Source of the DNA: Octopus vulgaris
Taxonomy: Eukaryota
Direction: 5' to 3'
DNA length: 64,000 nt
Assembly (NCBI GenBank): GCA_951406725.2
Contig: OX597819.1
Location: 620,001 to 684,000 of the forward strand
The notes under the pieces were generated by a model. That model saw nothing but the letters and a program-made list of their open reading frames with translations, ran no database searches and was not told the DNA's origin. Position numbers and translations under genes: made by a program. This document shows positions 59,284-64,000 of the stretch, in pieces; the stretch's first letter is position 1; every line of letters starts with the position of its first letter.

Positions 59284-60846
59284 GGTACACTGGTCCACAA
59301 GGAATTTCAATCCCAGAGCCTAAATCAGTGAGGGACCTGGGTATCGACATGAGTGATGATACCTCTTTCCAAGTGCACATAACCAGAATGGCGACAAAGT
59401 GCAGACGACTGGCTGGATGGATCCTGAGAACATTCAGAACCAGAATTAGGAAACCACGATGGTCCTCTGGAGGACATTCATCCTCAACCACCTGGATTAC
59501 TGCTCATAGCTATGGTCACCCACCAGTGTGAAATTAACAGCGGACCTTGAAGCAATCCAGAGAAGATTCACCAAGAAGATTGTCTCTTTGCAACTGCTCA
59601 GCTACATGACAATAGTGGACTCTATGGAATGCATATGTTATTCTCATTATGCTCATCTTAACTTTTTCTTCTTGCTAAAAACATTTTAAAAATTAGCAAT
59701 TCACTAAGACATAAAAGTGGAAAGATAATACAGATACTCATTGCTGAAATACATTCAGACATAACTCAGAAGCAATATCTTAAACTAAAATAATATTTCA
59801 TAAATTTTCTGTTTCTTTGGTATTTAAAAATTTTATAAATGGCCTTGACTAATTTTATTCAATATTTATATCTATACTTAAACTAATAGCTTCAATAATA
59901 CTGAAGAGATATTTGTTTTAATGAGAATGCATACTTGTAACATTAACAAAGGCATGATGATTTAGGATAAATTAGGAGTTTCTGATTGAAAAACTAATAA
60001 AAAGACAACAAATTAAGCCAGACTCTTAATTATGAATGGAGATACATAGTTCTTATCATCCCTATCACTAATCCATTTGTTGAGCTAAAGACAAAAACAA
60101 TGTGAGATAGTTAACACATGTAAATAATAAAAGAAACTGTGTCATTCTATTAATACTTTTAAAGACAGATTAGCACAATTTATAGTCAATGACTAAGATA
60201 TCCTCTCCTCCCTATCAAAATACTCCATTCGTTGAAAGCTTTTATTTCATCGAAATAGAATTTAGGACCAAAAGATAATGTAAAATACAAACTCTGATAG
60301 GTTTTACACAAAACTTATAAATATCTAAACATAATTTGTTCTAAGAATTAGTATGATAATGTAAAAATACTCTATTTAAAAATAAAATTAATCAGAAAGA
60401 AAGTACTGTGTAACACTTTAATTTATGAAATTAAACTATCTTAGGCAAAAGCATGACTGTGTGGTTATGAAGCTTGGTTTGCAGTCACATGCTTTTGGGT
60501 TCAGCCCTACAGCACAGGTCTTCTACTTTAACCCCAGTCAACCAATACTTTGTGAGTAAATTTAGTAGATAAAAACTGTGTGAAAGCTTATTTGTGTGTG
60601 CGTACGTGAATTTCTGGCTGAATTTGAACTTTGACTATAACTAATTACCACATCAAATTTTCTATTGTTATTTCCATCTTACAATTAATGAAAATAACAA
60701 CTCTTAAAAATACATGGACAAACAAAAGCTATATGTGAGATATGGAAAAACAATATGGGAACCACAAAAAGATAAAGTTCTAGAACTCAGGCAAGAAAAA
60801 TACTAAAAACTTTCTTAGAATTGATGGCAAACTGTAATAAACATAC

Positions 60847-60958
60847 CTGTTTCTGTAATTGTTTGCAAATGTTTTAAAGTTTCTTTCACTTTTGTATAAC
60901 TATCCATTTCCTCAGATATTTCCTCCTCTTCCTCGGGTGACTCTTCACTTGGGGAATC
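60847..60958 (-). CDS. FEZ2: FEZ/UNC-76 family exon (DSPSEESPEEEEEISEEMD...TITET); gene continues beyond window end
   Basis: tag|GAT acceptor and G|gtatgt donor; acidic segment in the expected position; phase 1 joins the next exon. Confidence 0.8.
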
Positions 60959-62023
60959 CTAATGACAATAGTTAAAAAAAAAATAATACTCAATTTTGGA
61001 AGAGAAAATTGAATTCCATTTAAACAGAAAATAAAATACTTAGACCAAAAATGAATTTACTTGTATCACACTAGATTAAGAATGACACACATAAGTCAAC
61101 AAACTTCTATGCCTGTATGCATGTGAAGGCATCTTTATGCAGAAATCTTTGTACAATTTAGAATCTGTTATTTATATGTTTATCTCAAACACAAATAGTT
61201 ACTGCCCTGCCATGAAATACCCAAACATTTCAATCAACTCCATTGCATCCCAAGCACCTTTTCCACAATACTGAAACACTGGCAACCCAATATCTATCTA
61301 CATGAGTCTGGAGAGGGGCACTGATGGCTGATATTAGATGGTATTCAATAGTGTTATGGAATGATACTGAAAATGCGAGGTGGATGACATGGGGAGGTAA
61401 TTCCAAGAAGAGGGGAAACTGTAGTACAAAAGGGCATGATGCGACTCTGCTGTCATATAATTATTATAACAACAGCTGAGGTAGAGTTAGTTGAGTGATA
61501 AATATTGAGAAGATGTGTAGACAAAATGATATGCTTTTAATGACCTAATTTTTGCCAAGATGGTCAGGTCTTCTTGAGCACAGTAAATCGCCACTCATCT
61601 TGGTCTTTTGTCATCTCTTCCATGAGGTTCAACATCCTGAGATTGGTCTCTACTACTTTATTCCCTGTCTTCCTTGTTTTCCTCTTCCACAGGTTCCATC
61701 CACATTTAATGTCAAAGGCTTTCTCTGAGCCAACAAAGGTAGTGGCTTACTTTTCGCTAAATTCTCCTGAAGTTGCCTTTCTAGAAACAAAGCATCAGTA
61801 ATGCTTCTCCATATCATAAAACTACAACTCGGCTAAGCTAATTCTTTTCCCGATTAGTTGAAGTATAACTCTTTCTCTAACTTTCATTACCTGGTCCAGC
61901 AATTTGATACCTCTGTAATTACTTCTCTTTAAGGCATCTCCTTTAATTAAAATGCTGGTGTATATACACACACCCATTATATATTTATATGTGCACATGC
62001 GTGTGTGCATGTATATATATATA

Positions 62024-62773
62024 AGGTGTTCAGGTTACATTTGAAGATTTTTTTTGTTTCCTTTTCACAGGAATAGATTGATGTATTGGTGAACAGTCAA
62101 CAACATTGAAGAGCATAAAGATTAAAATTGTAGTTATGAAAATGTTAGCTGACATGGAGGATTGGGAACAATCTGAACATTTTGATGGTCTAAGGGTGTG
62201 TCTCCAGTGATGGTGATAACGTGCTGCCCCACATCTTTGAACAGGGTCTTTGGCTCCATTAAGACAGTTTTGCAAAGCTGGTGGAGACTGATCAATCCCA
62301 GGCTGGAGAGGGTTGCTGTTGGAAGGTTGTATGTATGGCAGCAGGATTCAACTCCTCACCATACCTCCAGAAAGAGTCAGAAGTGGTTGTCGGAGAATTT
62401 CTATGACTTCACCATCCTGAACTTCTGGCTTCCTAATTCCCTCGATTGTAATCCCATGGATGACTATGTGTGGGGATTGATTGAGAAAGAGACCAGCCAC
62501 GCTGCCTGCAACTCAAGGCTGAGCTAGTAACAAAGATCAAGGAGGTGCTTGAAGATCTTCCCAGGGATACTGTGAGGAATGTACGTGTCAGGTTCTGGAG
62601 CTGTCTTAAGGCCATGGTGAAAATTGAGCCTGGCTACTCTGAGTAAACTGTTATCGCACAAGCATAATCTGGTGGATATTTTTAGATTTTTTAAAAACAT
62701 TTTAATTTTTGAATGGAATACTGTGATTTCTTTTCTTTTTATGCAAACTGTCAAATTTAGCCTGAACACTGTG
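62024..62773 (+). mobile_element. Internally deleted Tc1/mariner-superfamily element (maT/DD37D-like)
   Basis: QQDSTPHHTS...FWLPNSLDCNPMDDYVWG; imperfect TIRs GTGTTCAGGTTACATTTGA / TCAAATTTAGCCTGAACAC. Confidence 0.75.
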
Positions 62774-62826
62774 TGTGTATCACTAAATCCACCCGTTTTT
62801 TATTCTCTGTTTATTTTCTCTTATTC

Positions 62827-62862
62827 CTTTCTGTTGAAGAGCACAGGCTCGAAACGTAAAAG
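62827..62862 (+). ncRNA. Degenerate minimal hammerhead-like motif
   Basis: cttt-CTGTTGAA-GAGC acag GCTC-GAAA-CG-TA-aaag, in a short insert ending in (TA)n at about 62952. Confidence 0.35.
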
Positions 62863-63872
62863 ACATTCTCACTTTCCCGAGCATCAAACTAATACACCTG
62901 CTTGTTGTTCATACACCTGTCTTCATCTTTTGTTTTCCTGTAAATTTCAACTATATATATATATATATATATGCCTCCCTCAATACCACTTCCCTCTCGA
63001 GGGGTCTTTGTCTTGCAAGTTATGAAGTGACCTTGTTGGTGTTGCTGCCACATAAAAAGCACCCAGTTAACTCTGTAAAGTGGTTGGCATTAGGAAGGGC
63101 ATCCAGTCATAAAACCATGTCAAATCAGACTATGCTAATGCCAGATAAAAAGCACTCAGTACACTTTCTAAAGTGGTTAGTGTTAGGAAGGCCATCTAGT
63201 TGTAAAAACCATGCCAAAGCAGACAGTGGAGCTTGGTGTAGTTACCAGGCTTGCCACCTCCTGTCAAATTGTCCGACCCATGCCAGCATGGAAGACAGAC
63301 ATTAAATGATGATGATGTGTATCATCACAACAACTGTTGTCACCACCATCTTCATCATCACCCACATTCCATGCTTATTTATGTCAGATCGGTTGTCAGA
63401 ACCTGAGTCATTTCTTATTAGGTAACACTACTCTTGTACATAAATTGGTGGAGTACATGTTGATCTTACAATTTCTTTTGGGCTCAGTTTTTACAGTGTG
63501 TAATTACTGCATTTTATTGTGGTATCAGCATCAGAAGAGTCACCAACTATGCCATAAGAATAAAGAATACTCATTATTTCACAATGTGTACATTTGGTCA
63601 AACTGTGTGGAAGCCCATTATGTACGTGTGTGTGTGTGTGTATCTGTATTTGTCACTCCTCACCACTTGGCAACTGGTGTTGGTTTGTTTATGTCAGTAT
63701 AACAGCTGTTCACCAAAGAGATAGAATAAGTATCAGGCTTAAAAAGTTGTGTATTGAGAGTCGACTGTTCAACTAAACCCATCAATGTTGTGCCCCAGCA
63801 TGGCCGCAGCTCAATGGCTGGAACAAGACAAACACATATATACATATCTATATCTGTTTATCTATGTATTTC

Positions 63873-63888
63873 GAGAGAGAGAGAGAGC

Positions 63889-63919
<31 letters not shown>

Positions 63920-63929
63920 CGAGAGCGAG

Positions 63930-64000
<71 letters not shown>
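63873..64000. repeat. (GA)n microsatellite
   Basis: Directly visible. Confidence 0.97.

Larger units (their letters stand above)
56897..59605 (+). mobile_element. Second, degenerate CR1-like LINE copy interrupted by a mariner and a SINE
   Basis: [17 protein letters not shown]...HYDWVLRQL|LNNSNVDVIYLDFAKAFD reads through once the mariner is removed; contains stops. Confidence 0.9.

Overview
AT-rich, intron-containing eukaryotic DNA. The repeat landscape (tRNA/CORE-like SINEs, RTE and CR1-like LINEs, Penelope-like elements, large (TA)n tracts, TTAGGG) suggests an octopus or other coleoid cephalopod; this is inference. Host genes: (1) a complete SRSF4/5/6 (B52/SRp55-type) splicing factor on + with 7 coding exons (9445-14713, about 305 aa) and a candidate poison exon in the intron that splits SWQ|DLKD; (2) the 3' five coding exons of a FEZ/UNC-76 gene on - (60958 to 23020), convergent with SRSF; (3) a probable first coding exon of an unidentified divergent gene (6225-6055, -) sharing a promoter region with SRSF. 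FEZ introns are packed with nested elements. The most notable signals are five unrelated minimal type-I hammerhead-like motifs, four of which show C3-G8, U3-A8 or G3-C8 cores; a Naiad-like Penelope element with a (TTAGGG)n tract at an internal deletion; tandem arrays of a putative H-type pseudoknot in RTE 3' ends; a FEZ UAG stop inside a perfect 16-nt palindrome; and several cryptic splicing features. All structures were read by eye and no search or folding program was run. The giant IY/K/F ORFs are microsatellite artefacts.
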